This document shows positions 16,465 to 26,102 of a stretch of DNA of 64,000 bases, piece by piece. The DNA is taken from IMG/VR virus record IMGVR_UViG_3300028822_000274, positions 1 through 64,000 of that record, one strand, 5' to 3'. This DNA is from a virus. The translations under genes and the position numbers were made by a program. How positions within the stretch are numbered: position 1 is the stretch's first letter; each line of letters opens with the position of its first letter. The notes below the pieces were generated by a model, which searched no databases, was not told the origin of the DNA, and saw nothing but the letters and a program-made list of their open reading frames with translations.

Positions 16465-18099
16465 ATGAAGATAGAAAAAGCAAGAGTTGAAGAAGTACGC
16501 CTCTCTGTGCCTGAAGGATTCAAAACAGCAGCAGAAGCTATAGAGCATTACGGCAGGATTTGCTATCGCTCAGAAGACAAAATCACCGAAACTTCTGCGG
16601 ACAAATTTGTGGATCGCCTGTACAAGAGTGGGCACCACGCCATGCTCGAGTTCTGTGATGCGACCGTAATCTATTCCTGTGATAGGGGTATGTCTCACGA
16701 GCAGGTTCGTCACAGGCTGGCCTCCTTTGCCCAGGAATGTGTTTCAGGTTCGACGAAAGTCCACAAAAAATGGTCTGTGAAGCAACTATACGATAGAAGC
16801 CAAACAGCCATGGGTAGGGAGTACAACAGTAGGCTTTTATTAAGAAGCGTGGACTCTGTTGGGAATATAGTTCAGAACAAGATGAAGGATATATGGCTTG
16901 TGGGTAAACGGCCGGTATTTCGTTTAATGACGAAGCTTGGCTACAGTATAGACGTTACTTCAGAGCATAGGTTCTGCATGAAGGACGGCTCAGAGATAAG
17001 ACTGAGCGAACTGAATGTAGGAGATCGTGTCTTGGTGAACGGGAGACCGGCGGCAATAAAAATTCCACATGAAGACGTTGAGGCCATGTATTTGCAGGAA
17101 GCAATGAGTCCGAGCGAAATAGCTGATACACTGTGCGTTCCTTACAGGAGCGTATTAAATTGCCTGCATAAACAAGGGGTATTTCAAAGGCGTCTTAACG
17201 ACAAAAACAAAGAAAAATATACCAAAAACCACACGAACGATTCTTATGAGAAGATGCGTTGCTCTATAAAAGAGCAGTACAAAAACGGCAGAATGGCGTG
17301 GAATAAAGGTCTGTCAGAAGACGACCCTTCTGTGTTTATCCAGGCGGAATCTCTTCGAAAAAACCATTATGACAATCGTCCTCTAGAGGAAAATTCTAAT
17401 TGGAAAGGGGGTGTGGATTCTGGTGTTGCACGGCGACGCAAGGCTGAGGTGGATGCTTGTGAGCTATGTTCTTTCCAAGGTTTTCTTGAGGTTCACCACA
17501 TAGATAAAAACACGAAAAACAATACGCCAAAGAATCTGGTAAAGGTGTGCAGGAATTGTCATAAAAAACTTCATTTTGGTTGGCATATCGGAATGGTTGC
17601 ACATGAAGATGAGGTAATATCCATAACGCCACTAGGTTTTGAGGATGTGTTTGACATCGAGATGTGCTCCCCATATCACAATTTCGTTGGTAACGGGATT
17701 GTGACCCACAATAGCACGCGATACTGCTCGTACAACAAGTCAAAATTCGATGGGGAAATCACAGTCATCGAGCAACCCTCCATAGCCGCTGCTGAAGGCT
17801 CAAAAGGAGCTGTTGCCAAGGCTACCTATGAACAGGCAGCACTATACGCTGAGGAGGCGTACAAGAAGCTCCTGGAGTGCGGAATAAAGCCCCAGGAGGC
17901 GCGGGCGGTACTACCGATAGGTCTCAGGACACGTATTGCAGTTAAGGCGAATCTGAGGGAGTGGCTTACGATTTTCAGCCTTCGTTGCGATACCCCAGCA
18001 CATCCGATAATCCGCGAATGTTCAAAGGAGGTACTCCGTGTCTTACGAGAGCGAGTCCCGTCAGTCTTTTCGGACCAGGGGGAGAGGTTCATGCTTTGA
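16465..18099 (+). CDS. thyX: Flavin-dependent thymidylate synthase ThyX, intein-containing
   Basis: GRICY, SGHHAMLEF, SHEQVRHRLASFAQE|STRY, QEARAVLP, NLREW...LRC...AHP. Confidence 0.95.
   Translation: MKIEKARVEEVRLSVPEGFKTAAEAIEHYGRICYRSEDKITETSADKFVDRLYKSGHHAMLEFCDATVIYSCDRGMSHEQVRHRLASFAQECVSGSTKVHKKWSVKQLYDRSQTAMGREYNSRLLLRSVDSVGNIVQNKMKDIWLVGKRPVFRLMTKLGYSIDVTSEHRFCMKDGSEIRLSELNVGDRVLVNGRPAAIKIPHEDVEAMYLQEAMSPSEIADTLCVPYRSVLNCLHKQGVFQRRLNDKNKEKYTKNHTNDSYEKMRCSIKEQYKNGRMAWNKGLSEDDPSVFIQAESLRKNHYDNRPLEENSNWKGGVDSGVARRRKAEVDACELCSFQGFLEVHHIDKNTKNNTPKNLVKVCRNCHKKLHFGWHIGMVAHEDEVISITPLGFEDVFDIEMCSPYHNFVGNGIVTHNSTRYCSYNKSKFDGEITVIEQPSIAAAEGSKGAVAKATYEQAALYAEEAYKKLLECGIKPQEARAVLPIGLRTRIAVKANLREWLTIFSLRCDTPAHPIIRECSKEVLRVLRERVPSVFSDQGERFML
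16738..17712 (+). mobile_element. Intein (325 aa) with an HNH homing endonuclease
   Basis: Starts at Cys (CVSGST), block B VTSEHRF, ends VFDIEM...HNFVGNGIVTHN followed by Ser; internal CELC...EVHHID...NTPKNLVKVCRNCH HNH motif. Confidence 0.93.
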
Positions 18100-18234
18100 T
18101 GTTGACTTCGATGTTGAAGACAAAATAGGCACTTCGATTCTATGCGAAAAGCTTGCGAGCGGGTAATTATTGTGCAGTTGGATTGACTGCAAACGTGATA
18201 TGTGTTTTAAATGCCCCGTCAGAACCCTTCCCCT

Positions 18235-18270
18235 GCCCCGTCTCCTATTTGCCCTACTAGGAGGCGGGGC
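18235..18270 (+). promoter_or_regulatory. GC-rich 13-bp hairpin between the early region and the terminase gene
   Basis: GCCCCGTCTCCTA (18235-18247) pairs with TAGGAGGCGGGGC (18258-18270) with one G-U pair. Confidence 0.6.
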
Positions 18271-18348
18271 TCCTTGCATCGAAAGTAGTTTTTTGCTCCT
18301 ATCTGGTATATAAACTTTAGGTAGGGCCGCATAAGACATGGTGAAAAC

Positions 18349-20118
18349 ATGGCAGATAGATCTAAAAAAAGCGAACAGGATTATGATGATGAGGTTCAGG
18401 CAGTAGCCAAAACCTTGGAAAAGAAAGAGCTGACCGACAAAGAAGTCGAAGCTCTGAGTGACATGGTTATGGCTTTTGTCGCACAAATGACTGGAGTCGA
18501 ACTCTATCCATATCAATATGAGTTTGGTTGGCGCGTCGTCTATTCCCTACTCGTAGAAGACGCGGAGGAAGTAACCGCGTTATTCAGCAGGCAGATGGGA
18601 AAGTCAGAAACAATAGCGAATATAGTTGTTGCTTGCATGGTTCTCTTTCCAGTGTTTGCCAGGAACATCACCTGGGACGAAAGAATATCCAAGTTCAGAA
18701 ATGGCGTTTGGGTAGGTATTTATGCTCCAAACTATGAGCAGGCTGGTATCCTGTGGACAAGAATGAAGTCCAGGTTGTACTCAGACGAAGCCAGGTCAGC
18801 TCTTCTTGACCCGGACATCGATATGGACATCGATAAGATTTCGAAGAACATGTCTCTGCCGAATGGTTCGTTTGTGGATTCTGGCACGGCTTCTCCACAG
18901 TCCTCGATTGAAGGTAAGACCTACCATCTAATCATCCTTGAGGAGTCTCAGGATATACCGACGAACAAAATCAAAGAGTCGATCCATCCTATGGCGTCTG
19001 CTACAGCGGGAACGTTGGTGAAGATCGGAACTCCAAACAGAAAACGCTCTGAGTTTTATGAGGCATGCCGCAGGAACAAAAGAGCTGACCTTGCTGACGG
19101 TTCTCTGCGATCCAAAAAGAGGCGTCACTTTGAATATGATTATACAGTAGGCCAGAAACACAATCCCAGGTACCGCAAGTATATCCAAAAAGAAAAATCA
19201 CGACTAGGCGAGGATTCTGATGAATTCCGGATGAAATACCGTCTCCACTGGTTGCTTGACAGAGGTATGTTCATCAATCCCGACGTTTTCGAAGAATGTG
19301 GTATCAAAGATTCGAGTTCGAATCTCACGGCTGTGATTGGCAAGGGCAGAAGAAAACGCGAAATAAAATTCATTCGTCCGCCCAATGTCGTTACCTACGA
19401 TCCTGGCACAGAAGGGATTGTTGCTTCCATAGACGTCGGGCGAACAAACTCAACAGTTGTCACCGTGGCAAAGGTATTCTGGGACAACCCGGTAGAGTTT
19501 GCAGATTCGGATCGATATTACATGCACATTATGAATTGGCTTGAGCTTGTTGGTGATGACCATGAAGCTCAGCATCCCCAGATAGTTGATTTCCTGAAGA
19601 ACTATTCTTTGTCTCAGGTCATCGTCGACGCCACAGGTAAGGGCGACCCTGTCTATTCCAGAATTGCGGCATCACTCGATGGTTATGGCGTCTACGTTCA
19701 GCCGTTTGTTTTCAATGCAGCGTCGAAAGACGTGGGGTATAAAACTCTCGGTCAGGAGTTGTCTTCCAGGAGGCTCACGTATCCTGCAGGAAGTCGAGCT
19801 AGTAGGCTGCAGAAGTGGCAGCGGTTTGTGTCCCAGATGGAAGACCTTGAAAAAGAATGGCGAGGCCAACAGATGGTGGTCCACAAGCCGAAGCACAGCT
19901 CTGATGCCCGTGATGACTTTTGCGACTCCTTGATGATGCTCTGTTGGCTTGTGAATGTCAGAGGCACCATGGAGGTAGAAGAAGGCCCGAATCCATTCAT
20001 CGGTCGTCAGTCTAGATGGACTGCTGCTGGTATGCTTCAAGACGCGAAAGCGTGGTATAAGGGTGTAACAGAGCCTGCGAAGATGCCCCGTAAGAGCAAA
20101 CGTGGGAAGTGGGATTAG
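18349..20118 (+). CDS. terL: Terminase large subunit
   Basis: LYPYQ, Walker A SRQMGKS, Walker B LIILEE, coupling motif IGTP, RNase H-like SIDVG, VDATG, DDFCDS. Confidence 0.93.
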   Translation: MADRSKKSEQDYDDEVQAVAKTLEKKELTDKEVEALSDMVMAFVAQMTGVELYPYQYEFGWRVVYSLLVEDAEEVTALFSRQMGKSETIANIVVACMVLFPVFARNITWDERISKFRNGVWVGIYAPNYEQAGILWTRMKSRLYSDEARSALLDPDIDMDIDKISKNMSLPNGSFVDSGTASPQSSIEGKTYHLIILEESQDIPTNKIKESIHPMASATAGTLVKIGTPNRKRSEFYEACRRNKRADLADGSLRSKKRRHFEYDYTVGQKHNPRYRKYIQKEKSRLGEDSDEFRMKYRLHWLLDRGMFINPDVFEECGIKDSSSNLTAVIGKGRRKREIKFIRPPNVVTYDPGTEGIVASIDVGRTNSTVVTVAKVFWDNPVEFADSDRYYMHIMNWLELVGDDHEAQHPQIVDFLKNYSLSQVIVDATGKGDPVYSRIAASLDGYGVYVQPFVFNAASKDVGYKTLGQELSSRRLTYPAGSRASRLQKWQRFVSQMEDLEKEWRGQQMVVHKPKHSSDARDDFCDSLMMLCWLVNVRGTMEVEEGPNPFIGRQSRWTAAGMLQDAKAWYKGVTEPAKMPRKSKRGKWD

Positions 20119-20191
20119 GTTTATTGCCCTAAATTTTGTAGACTGTATTTGTTTCTGGCTTTGCGCCGTAGTTTAATGAGGAGGATCCAAA

Positions 20192-21793
20192 GTGGGAACT
20201 TATGAGACCCCAAGTCATGCAGCTTCTCTGTCTATTTCCGATATGTACGATTCATTCTTTGGTGATGACGCAGCACAGTCTCACAGTAGGAGGCTCATGG
20301 CATACCGGAGATATTGGCTTTACTATACAGGAAAACACTGGTCTTACACTCGTGGGGAGAGCGACCCGACATTGACGTTTAATTACTGTAGACGCCTTGT
20401 TGATCTGCACGTAAATTTCACTTTTAAGGGCGGATTCAAGATCACTATTCCTGAAGACCCGGTCACGCCTGGGCCAGACAAAAAAGACAGGGATTTTATA
20501 CGTGTTATGCTTGAGGAAACGTGGAATAACAACGATAGGGACCTATGGCTTATGGAAGCTGGCCAAAGTGGTTCTGTTACCGGCGACGTTTTTGCTAGGG
20601 TGTCTTGGGACGATACGGATCCTCTCGAAAACCCATATGCGCGAGTTGACCTCCTCCCCTCTCATTTTTGTTTTCCTGAGTTTTGCGGTCCTCACGGAGC
20701 GAACAAGAAGAGTATTCGCAGGATCCTGATTGTGAATCCGGTGTATAAGGAACCGGAAGACATTGCTGTTTCTGGGGTGTACTTCAGCCGGAACCCAAAG
20801 CCCAATACGACGTCCTCTTTGTTACTCGAATCAGAAGAGTGGATTGCTGCCAGGTATGATAAGCGAACCGGTGAGATGCTGTCGCCAGCGAAGGTTCGCT
20901 ACTACGAAAACAAAGAATATGTTGGTGAGAAAGTTTCCCCGATAGGCGAGATACCGATAGTGCATATCCCAAACTATCCGCTGTCTGGCGAGTATTATGG
21001 AATGTCAGATCTTGCTGACATCATGGATCTGAATCGGGAGCTTAATGAAAAGGCGACCGACATCTCAGACATCATCAATTACCATGGCTCACCGACAACG
21101 ATTGTTTCTGGTGCCAAGCTCACGGATCTTGAAAAAGGAGCAAACAGGGTTTGGTCTGTGCCGGAAACCGCCAAGGTTTACAACCTGGAGTTGAACGGGG
21201 ACCTCTCCGCTGCTTCTGAGCATTACGACAAGGTTCGCTCTGCTCTTATCGAGCTGTCAGGAACCACTGAACAGGCGCTCGGTAATTTCGAAGGTTCTGT
21301 TCCACCCTCGGGTGTCTCTCTCCAGCTTCAATATTTGCCTATGTTGGATAAGCGCGATGTGCGCGTCCTGATGTTCAGGACTGGATTGAGATTGATCAAC
21401 CGCCTGATCCTGAAAACGACTGAGATAGGGGACCCTGCTTTTGGTGCCAAAATGGCCAAGGTCGACGGAAACCCGTATCGAAACGACGTTACGTTTGCTG
21501 AACCTCTACCACAGGATGAGAGGCGAGAGCTTGAGGTTACGAAAGAGCGTCTTGTGCTCGGTCTTTCGAATAGACGTCGTGAGCTGGAGAAACAAGGTGT
21601 ACCTAAAAACGAGATCGATAGAATCCTCGAAGGCGTCAAAGAAGACATGATGCTCGACAACGATGCTATTTTCTCTGGCACTGATGATGTAGGAGTCGGG
21701 AGCGGTAATTTCCAGCTTGATCGAGGTGGCGCTGACTCAACGAGAGGTGAGAAGATCGTTGACAACGACATCGATAACAACCTCGAAAAATAA
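20192..21793 (+). CDS. Portal protein, SPP1 gp6-like
   Basis: Follows terL; TFNYCRRLVD, IPIVHIPN...YYGMSDL, SGVSLQL. Confidence 0.88.
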   Translation: MGTYETPSHAASLSISDMYDSFFGDDAAQSHSRRLMAYRRYWLYYTGKHWSYTRGESDPTLTFNYCRRLVDLHVNFTFKGGFKITIPEDPVTPGPDKKDRDFIRVMLEETWNNNDRDLWLMEAGQSGSVTGDVFARVSWDDTDPLENPYARVDLLPSHFCFPEFCGPHGANKKSIRRILIVNPVYKEPEDIAVSGVYFSRNPKPNTTSSLLLESEEWIAARYDKRTGEMLSPAKVRYYENKEYVGEKVSPIGEIPIVHIPNYPLSGEYYGMSDLADIMDLNRELNEKATDISDIINYHGSPTTIVSGAKLTDLEKGANRVWSVPETAKVYNLELNGDLSAASEHYDKVRSALIELSGTTEQALGNFEGSVPPSGVSLQLQYLPMLDKRDVRVLMFRTGLRLINRLILKTTEIGDPAFGAKMAKVDGNPYRNDVTFAEPLPQDERRELEVTKERLVLGLSNRRRELEKQGVPKNEIDRILEGVKEDMMLDNDAIFSGTDDVGVGSGNFQLDRGGADSTRGEKIVDNDIDNNLEK

Positions 21794-21802
21794 AACCCTA
21801 CC

Positions 21803-22693
21803 ATGGATAAAGAACCAAAATTCGCTGTAGGTGGCAGTGACCCTGATTTAGCCAAAGCGAAGTCAGCGCTGTATTCTGCTCTTGTTGCTGACGCAAAAAT
21901 AGTCCGAGGAAGAATTGTATCTTTATTAGAGTTGCTGCTGCCTTATCTAAATGATCCTGCAAACTACACTGCTGACGGTACGCGTTTACTTTCAAGGCCA
22001 AAGTCAATTTTGATGGGAAGAATAAAAAGGTCTTTTCCTGAAATAATCAGGAAGATCGATTTCGATATAAGATCAAGCGTACGGTCAGCGATCAACACTA
22101 CAGTTGATAGCCAGATTGAATCGATGTCTAAAAAGAAACTACCTGTACCTACAAGGCAAGAAGCAGACATAGTAAAAGAAGAAGCTTTACTTGGTCTTGG
22201 ACGTGACTTCCCGAGAGGAAGTGGTGTGACTTACGAAAACCGTCTTTCAAGAATAGAGCGTGTTCACTCAAAGCAGCTTGAAAGAATAGTCGGCTCCACG
22301 CACACAGAAAATGCAAAAAGCAAAATAACCTCCGACGTAAGAACTGCTCTCTTACACTCAAGCCCTGGCCCCACTCCTGTTCAAAATGGAAGTCTGGCGA
22401 AAAAGGTCATGCGTCTGTCTTCTGCTGAATCAATGAGGCTTGTAAACGAAGCAGAATCCGGTTTGTTTGCGAGCGCTGGCGTAGAGTTTGCCTATTGGCG
22501 TTTGAGCCCATCTCACAAATGGGAAGGTGGTGGTGAAATTTGTGAACAAATGGCATCTCGCGAATCTTCAGACATAAATGCTCTTGTAAAGCAGCGTGAT
22601 GCTGCCTTGATGACAGAAGGACTGTACCTGATAAAGAATTGGCCCTCATATCCACATCCATTTTGTAAGTGCTTCGCTGAAGCCGCGATATAG
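21803..22693 (+). CDS. Head morphogenesis/minor capsid protein, MuF-like
   Basis: Follows portal; WRLSPSH...ICEQ...PHPFCKC. Confidence 0.7.
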   Translation: MDKEPKFAVGGSDPDLAKAKSALYSALVADAKIVRGRIVSLLELLLPYLNDPANYTADGTRLLSRPKSILMGRIKRSFPEIIRKIDFDIRSSVRSAINTTVDSQIESMSKKKLPVPTRQEADIVKEEALLGLGRDFPRGSGVTYENRLSRIERVHSKQLERIVGSTHTENAKSKITSDVRTALLHSSPGPTPVQNGSLAKKVMRLSSAESMRLVNEAESGLFASAGVEFAYWRLSPSHKWEGGGEICEQMASRESSDINALVKQRDAALMTEGLYLIKNWPSYPHPFCKCFAEAAI

Positions 22694-22763
22694 GAACCCC
22701 ACCCTTTTTTTATTTTTTCAGACCGATAGTGGCTGTTTTTTACTTTTGGTCTCTTCCCAATCG

Positions 22764-22792
22764 TTGAATTTATTTTGGGAGAGTGCTATCTA
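22764..22792 (+). promoter_or_regulatory. Candidate promoter for the head operon
   Basis: TTGAAT, 17-nt spacer, TGC-TATCTA in a 180-bp intergenic gap. Confidence 0.4.
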
Positions 22793-22875
22793 TGTTAGAG
22801 ACACTTTGACAGAGTTCTATGAATTTTTAGGCTCTGTTACAGATTTAGGAAAATCGATTCACAGGAGGTCGAAAA

Positions 22876-23055
22876 ATGGCGATGAACGCAGGACAAGTTG
22901 GTGGCGGGAATGGTGGCCAAACTGACATGGACCGTGGCAAGAGCCACGCATTCCCATATTCGAAGGGTCAGAGGAAGACCGGCAAAATCGGGGGTGGAAG
23001 CTCCGCTCCTAACCCGGTCGACAAAAGTGGTCTTTCGAGGCCCATGACCAAGTAA
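22876..23055 (+). CDS. 59-aa Gly-rich basic protein (not in the ORF track)
   Basis: AGGAGG RBS; MAMNAGQVGGGNGGQTDMDRGKSHAFPYSKGQRKTGKIGGGSSAPNPVDKSGLSRPMTK. Confidence 0.7.
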   Translation: MAMNAGQVGGGNGGQTDMDRGKSHAFPYSKGQRKTGKIGGGSSAPNPVDKSGLSRPMTK

Positions 23056-23109
23056 CACTAGAAAGACACACACCTTCGACCCAGTTGAAAACACTTTTTG
23101 GAGGACCCT

Positions 23110-23868
23110 ATGCCAGACAAGACGAAACAAGACAATGACACACGGCAAGCGAGCGATGACAAAACCTCGCAGACACACGACATGACACCCCAGAGCGACA
23201 AGGCAGTCGAACCAACAAAGAGTTCCGAAAGGACTTATTCCGACAAGGAACTCTCAGAGCTTGTTGAAAAGGCGCGGGCTGAAGAGAAGAATAAGGTCTA
23301 CTCGAAGCTCGAATCTTTTAAATCAGAGAAGGAGAAAATCCTTTCAAATCTCGAAGAACTGCGGGAAGCAAAAAAACAATTGGAGGCAGACCGAGATTCT
23401 TTGAGGGAAGGACGCGCATCCGACTTGAAATCAGTGAACGAAGAGCTGAGCCAACTGCGAGAGCAGAATGAAAAACTCCAGCAGGCAATCGACGCCACGG
23501 TGGAAAACTCTTCTCGTCAGATTCGCGAACACGAATTGCGTGCTTACAAGGCCGATAAAATTCGTGAGGCCGGTTTGAAACTCACTGAGCTTGTCTCAGG
23601 GTCTTCCGAAGAGGAGATCGAAACTGCAATTAAGGCCGCAAAGAAGCGTGAGGACGAAATTGCCGAGCAGGTTCGCGAGCAGGTCAAAAAAGAGCTTGCT
23701 GGTGATCTCCCGAGGCCGATTTCGACCGACAGCTCCAGGGGCAGGGGACCTGATCCGCAGGTTAATGTCCAAGACAGAATGTCTGTGGCTCGATTGCCGC
23801 GAGACGAGTACCTCAAGCGGCGTGCGCAACTGTTGAGTGATGCGAGAATCAAGGCCGGGCTGGAGTAA
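23110..23868 (+). CDS. Capsid scaffolding protein
   Basis: Coiled coil immediately upstream of the capsid gene; ARAEEKNKVY; GGAGG RBS. Confidence 0.8.
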   Translation: MPDKTKQDNDTRQASDDKTSQTHDMTPQSDKAVEPTKSSERTYSDKELSELVEKARAEEKNKVYSKLESFKSEKEKILSNLEELREAKKQLEADRDSLREGRASDLKSVNEELSQLREQNEKLQQAIDATVENSSRQIREHELRAYKADKIREAGLKLTELVSGSSEEEIETAIKAAKKREDEIAEQVREQVKKELAGDLPRPISTDSSRGRGPDPQVNVQDRMSVARLPRDEYLKRRAQLLSDARIKAGLE

Positions 23869-23895
23869 AGCCCGCCATTTTAAGGAGGAATTAGA

Positions 23896-24858
23896 ATGCC
23901 TTTTTCAGCTGTAAGTACCGCCGCAGGAACCCACCTTGCACTGCCCCAAGCAATCCTCGACGTCTATTCGATGGACATCGAGCACGAAGCTCTTGGAATC
24001 ATGCGATTCGAGGAGTTTGCGACTCTGAAGACTGATCTGATGGCCCAGGCTGGCCAGACGATCACGATGAATCGCTACAACAATCTGACTCGCGGCTCTG
24101 CCCTCACGGAGAGCACGGAAATGTCGGAAGTGGCGATCACGGCAACCCAAAAAGCCATTACCGTTACCGAGTATGGTAACGCTGTTGGTGTCAGCGAGAA
24201 GCTGCTCAAGATGGCTCAAGACGACCTCTTGAAAGAATCCGCAGTTCTCTTGGGTCGTGACTACGCGGTCGTGAACGACCTGATGATTCGTGATGCCCTC
24301 GGTGGTGCCACCAACGTTCTGTACGGTGGTAACAACTCGTCCCGCGCTGCCATGGACGGAGCCGTTGACTTTTTCGACGTTGAAATTCTCCGGCAAGGCG
24401 TGGAGACTCTCCAGACCAACAATGCCCCGAAATTCATGGGTGATTTTTACGTCTGCTTCATCCATCCCCACCAGGCTGCGTACCTGAAGAGGGACCCTGA
24501 CTGGGTTGCCGCGCAGAACTATGCTGGCACCCGCAATCTGTTCAGTGGTGAGTTGGGCCGCTGGGAAGACGTGGTCTTCATCGGCACCACTCATTGCCGT
24601 AACGGTGCCGCTGGCACATCCGATCCGGGCTACCTGGCGGCGTTGGCTAATGCCGCGACTGGCGGAGCTTCGAACGCTAATGTGTATGAAGCGCTTCTGT
24701 TCGCCGATTCCGCAGTCGGTAAAGCCATGGCGCTGCCGGTAGAAATGCGTGACGGTGGGACCATGGATTACGGCAGGAAACACGGGCTGGCCTGGTACTC
24801 GATCATGGGTTCCGGAGTCCTGGAAGATGATTTCATCGTCCGTCTTGAGACCGTCTAA
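23896..24858 (+). CDS. Major capsid protein, N4-gp56 family (HK97 fold)
   Basis: GQTITMNRY, TVTEYGNAV, FIHPHQAAYL...DPDW, GELGRWEDVVF, DYGRKHGLAWY; strong RBS and highly biased codon usage. Confidence 0.92.
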   Translation: MPFSAVSTAAGTHLALPQAILDVYSMDIEHEALGIMRFEEFATLKTDLMAQAGQTITMNRYNNLTRGSALTESTEMSEVAITATQKAITVTEYGNAVGVSEKLLKMAQDDLLKESAVLLGRDYAVVNDLMIRDALGGATNVLYGGNNSSRAAMDGAVDFFDVEILRQGVETLQTNNAPKFMGDFYVCFIHPHQAAYLKRDPDWVAAQNYAGTRNLFSGELGRWEDVVFIGTTHCRNGAAGTSDPGYLAALANAATGGASNANVYEALLFADSAVGKAMALPVEMRDGGTMDYGRKHGLAWYSIMGSGVLEDDFIVRLETV

Positions 24859-24873
24859 GGTCTGCACGTTTGG

Positions 24874-24908
24874 GTGTGGCCCCCGGAAACGGGGGCTACG
24901 CTTTTTTG
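24874..24908 (+). terminator. Intrinsic terminator after the capsid gene
   Basis: GTGGCCCCCG-GAAA-CGGGGGCTAC followed by GCTTTTTT. Confidence 0.85.
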
Positions 24909-24931
24909 TCTCAAATCTTTAAGGAGTCATT

Positions 24932-25321
24932 ATGGCTTACAAGAAATCGAAGAAGTTGACGAAGAAGGACACTACAAAGAAGAGTGAAAAACCTTCCGTG
25001 ACTGAGAAAAAAGCTATGGACTCTACTAAGAAGGAAGAAAAGCCCGCACCTATTCCCGAAGAGGAAGAGGTGGTTGAAAAAGTTGCTCTTCCTAAAGAGT
25101 CTCCGCTTGAGAAAAAGATCGAGGAAGAAAAACCACCGAAAGAGCTGGACAAGCTCCCTGTCGCTCTTCCCAGCGAGGAAGCGAAACAGTACGAGACTTC
25201 GGTCGCTCTCAAAACTACCGTCAAACGTTGCGGTGTGTGGTTCAAGCTCGTCACCGGAAAAAAGGTTACCGGGACGAAAGAGCAAATTGCGTACCTTCGG
25301 TCATGTGGACTGGTGAAATGA
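24932..25321 (+). CDS. Lys/Glu/Pro-rich hypothetical virion-region protein
   Basis: AAGGAG RBS; low-complexity N-terminus with a small globular C-terminus. Confidence 0.7.
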   Translation: MAYKKSKKLTKKDTTKKSEKPSVTEKKAMDSTKKEEKPAPIPEEEEVVEKVALPKESPLEKKIEEEKPPKELDKLPVALPSEEAKQYETSVALKTTVKRCGVWFKLVTGKKVTGTKEQIAYLRSCGLVK

Positions 25322-25331
25322 GAGAGGCATC

Positions 25332-26102
25332 GTGGCAACATACAACGAGATCATCAATACGGTTCGTAGGCGGGTAGCCGACTACAAAGAGAATCGAGTT
25401 TACTCTGACGAGTATTACTCAGACGCTGTCTCGTTCGCGCTCAGCAAACTAAGCCACGATTTTTCTGAAAACTACGCCACTGTCTCTGACGTACCTACCT
25501 TCAGAGTATTCCTTCTGACAAAACTTGCTGTCATCGAGATGTGCTACGTCCGCGCTGCGGAATTTGTCGATGTCGATGCTGGCGAGGAAATTTCTGGGAG
25601 CGCCCATTCAATCAAGGTCCCTGATCTTGAAATAGACGGCGAGGGCACTTCTCCCAGTGAGGCTGCTCAGTCTTGGTTGCGGTATGCTCAGAGTCTACAG
25701 AATGAGTATGATGGCGAACTTGCTCATTCTGGGGGATCCTCAAATGCTGCAGAGGTTCAAGTAGCCAACCTGAAGCGTATCTCTTTGACCACAGGCGGTT
25801 ACAGGAAATATGCTCTTGATCGTGGTCTTGCTGCTGTGACTGTTTCTGCTGTTGTTGCTGACAACAAAGTCACTCTGTCTTGGTCAATACTTTATGACGA
25901 AACTTTCATGGCCTATGAAGTTCTTAGGGGCACCTCATTATCCATGGAAAATGAAGAACGAGTGGCTTATATCACAGACAACCAGAAAAGCTCTTATGTT
26001 GATATTGTCCCTGATTCCGGGACGTATTACTATCGGGTTAAAACGGTCAACCCGAACAATATCAAGAATGCTGGGAACACCCTGACTGTGGTGGTGCCGT
26101 AA
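25332..26102 (+). CDS. Head-tail adaptor with a C-terminal FN3-like domain
   Basis: Position in the module; VTLSW...YEVLRG...YVD...GTYYYRVKTVN. Confidence 0.65.
   Translation: MATYNEIINTVRRRVADYKENRVYSDEYYSDAVSFALSKLSHDFSENYATVSDVPTFRVFLLTKLAVIEMCYVRAAEFVDVDAGEEISGSAHSIKVPDLEIDGEGTSPSEAAQSWLRYAQSLQNEYDGELAHSGGSSNAAEVQVANLKRISLTTGGYRKYALDRGLAAVTVSAVVADNKVTLSWSILYDETFMAYEVLRGTSLSMENEERVAYITDNQKSSYVDIVPDSGTYYYRVKTVNPNNIKNAGNTLTVVVP

Noticed and set aside
23905-24867. 320-aa antisense ORF mirroring the major capsid gene
   Set aside because: It is a codon-aligned shadow of a strongly biased gene, with no RBS or recognisable motifs
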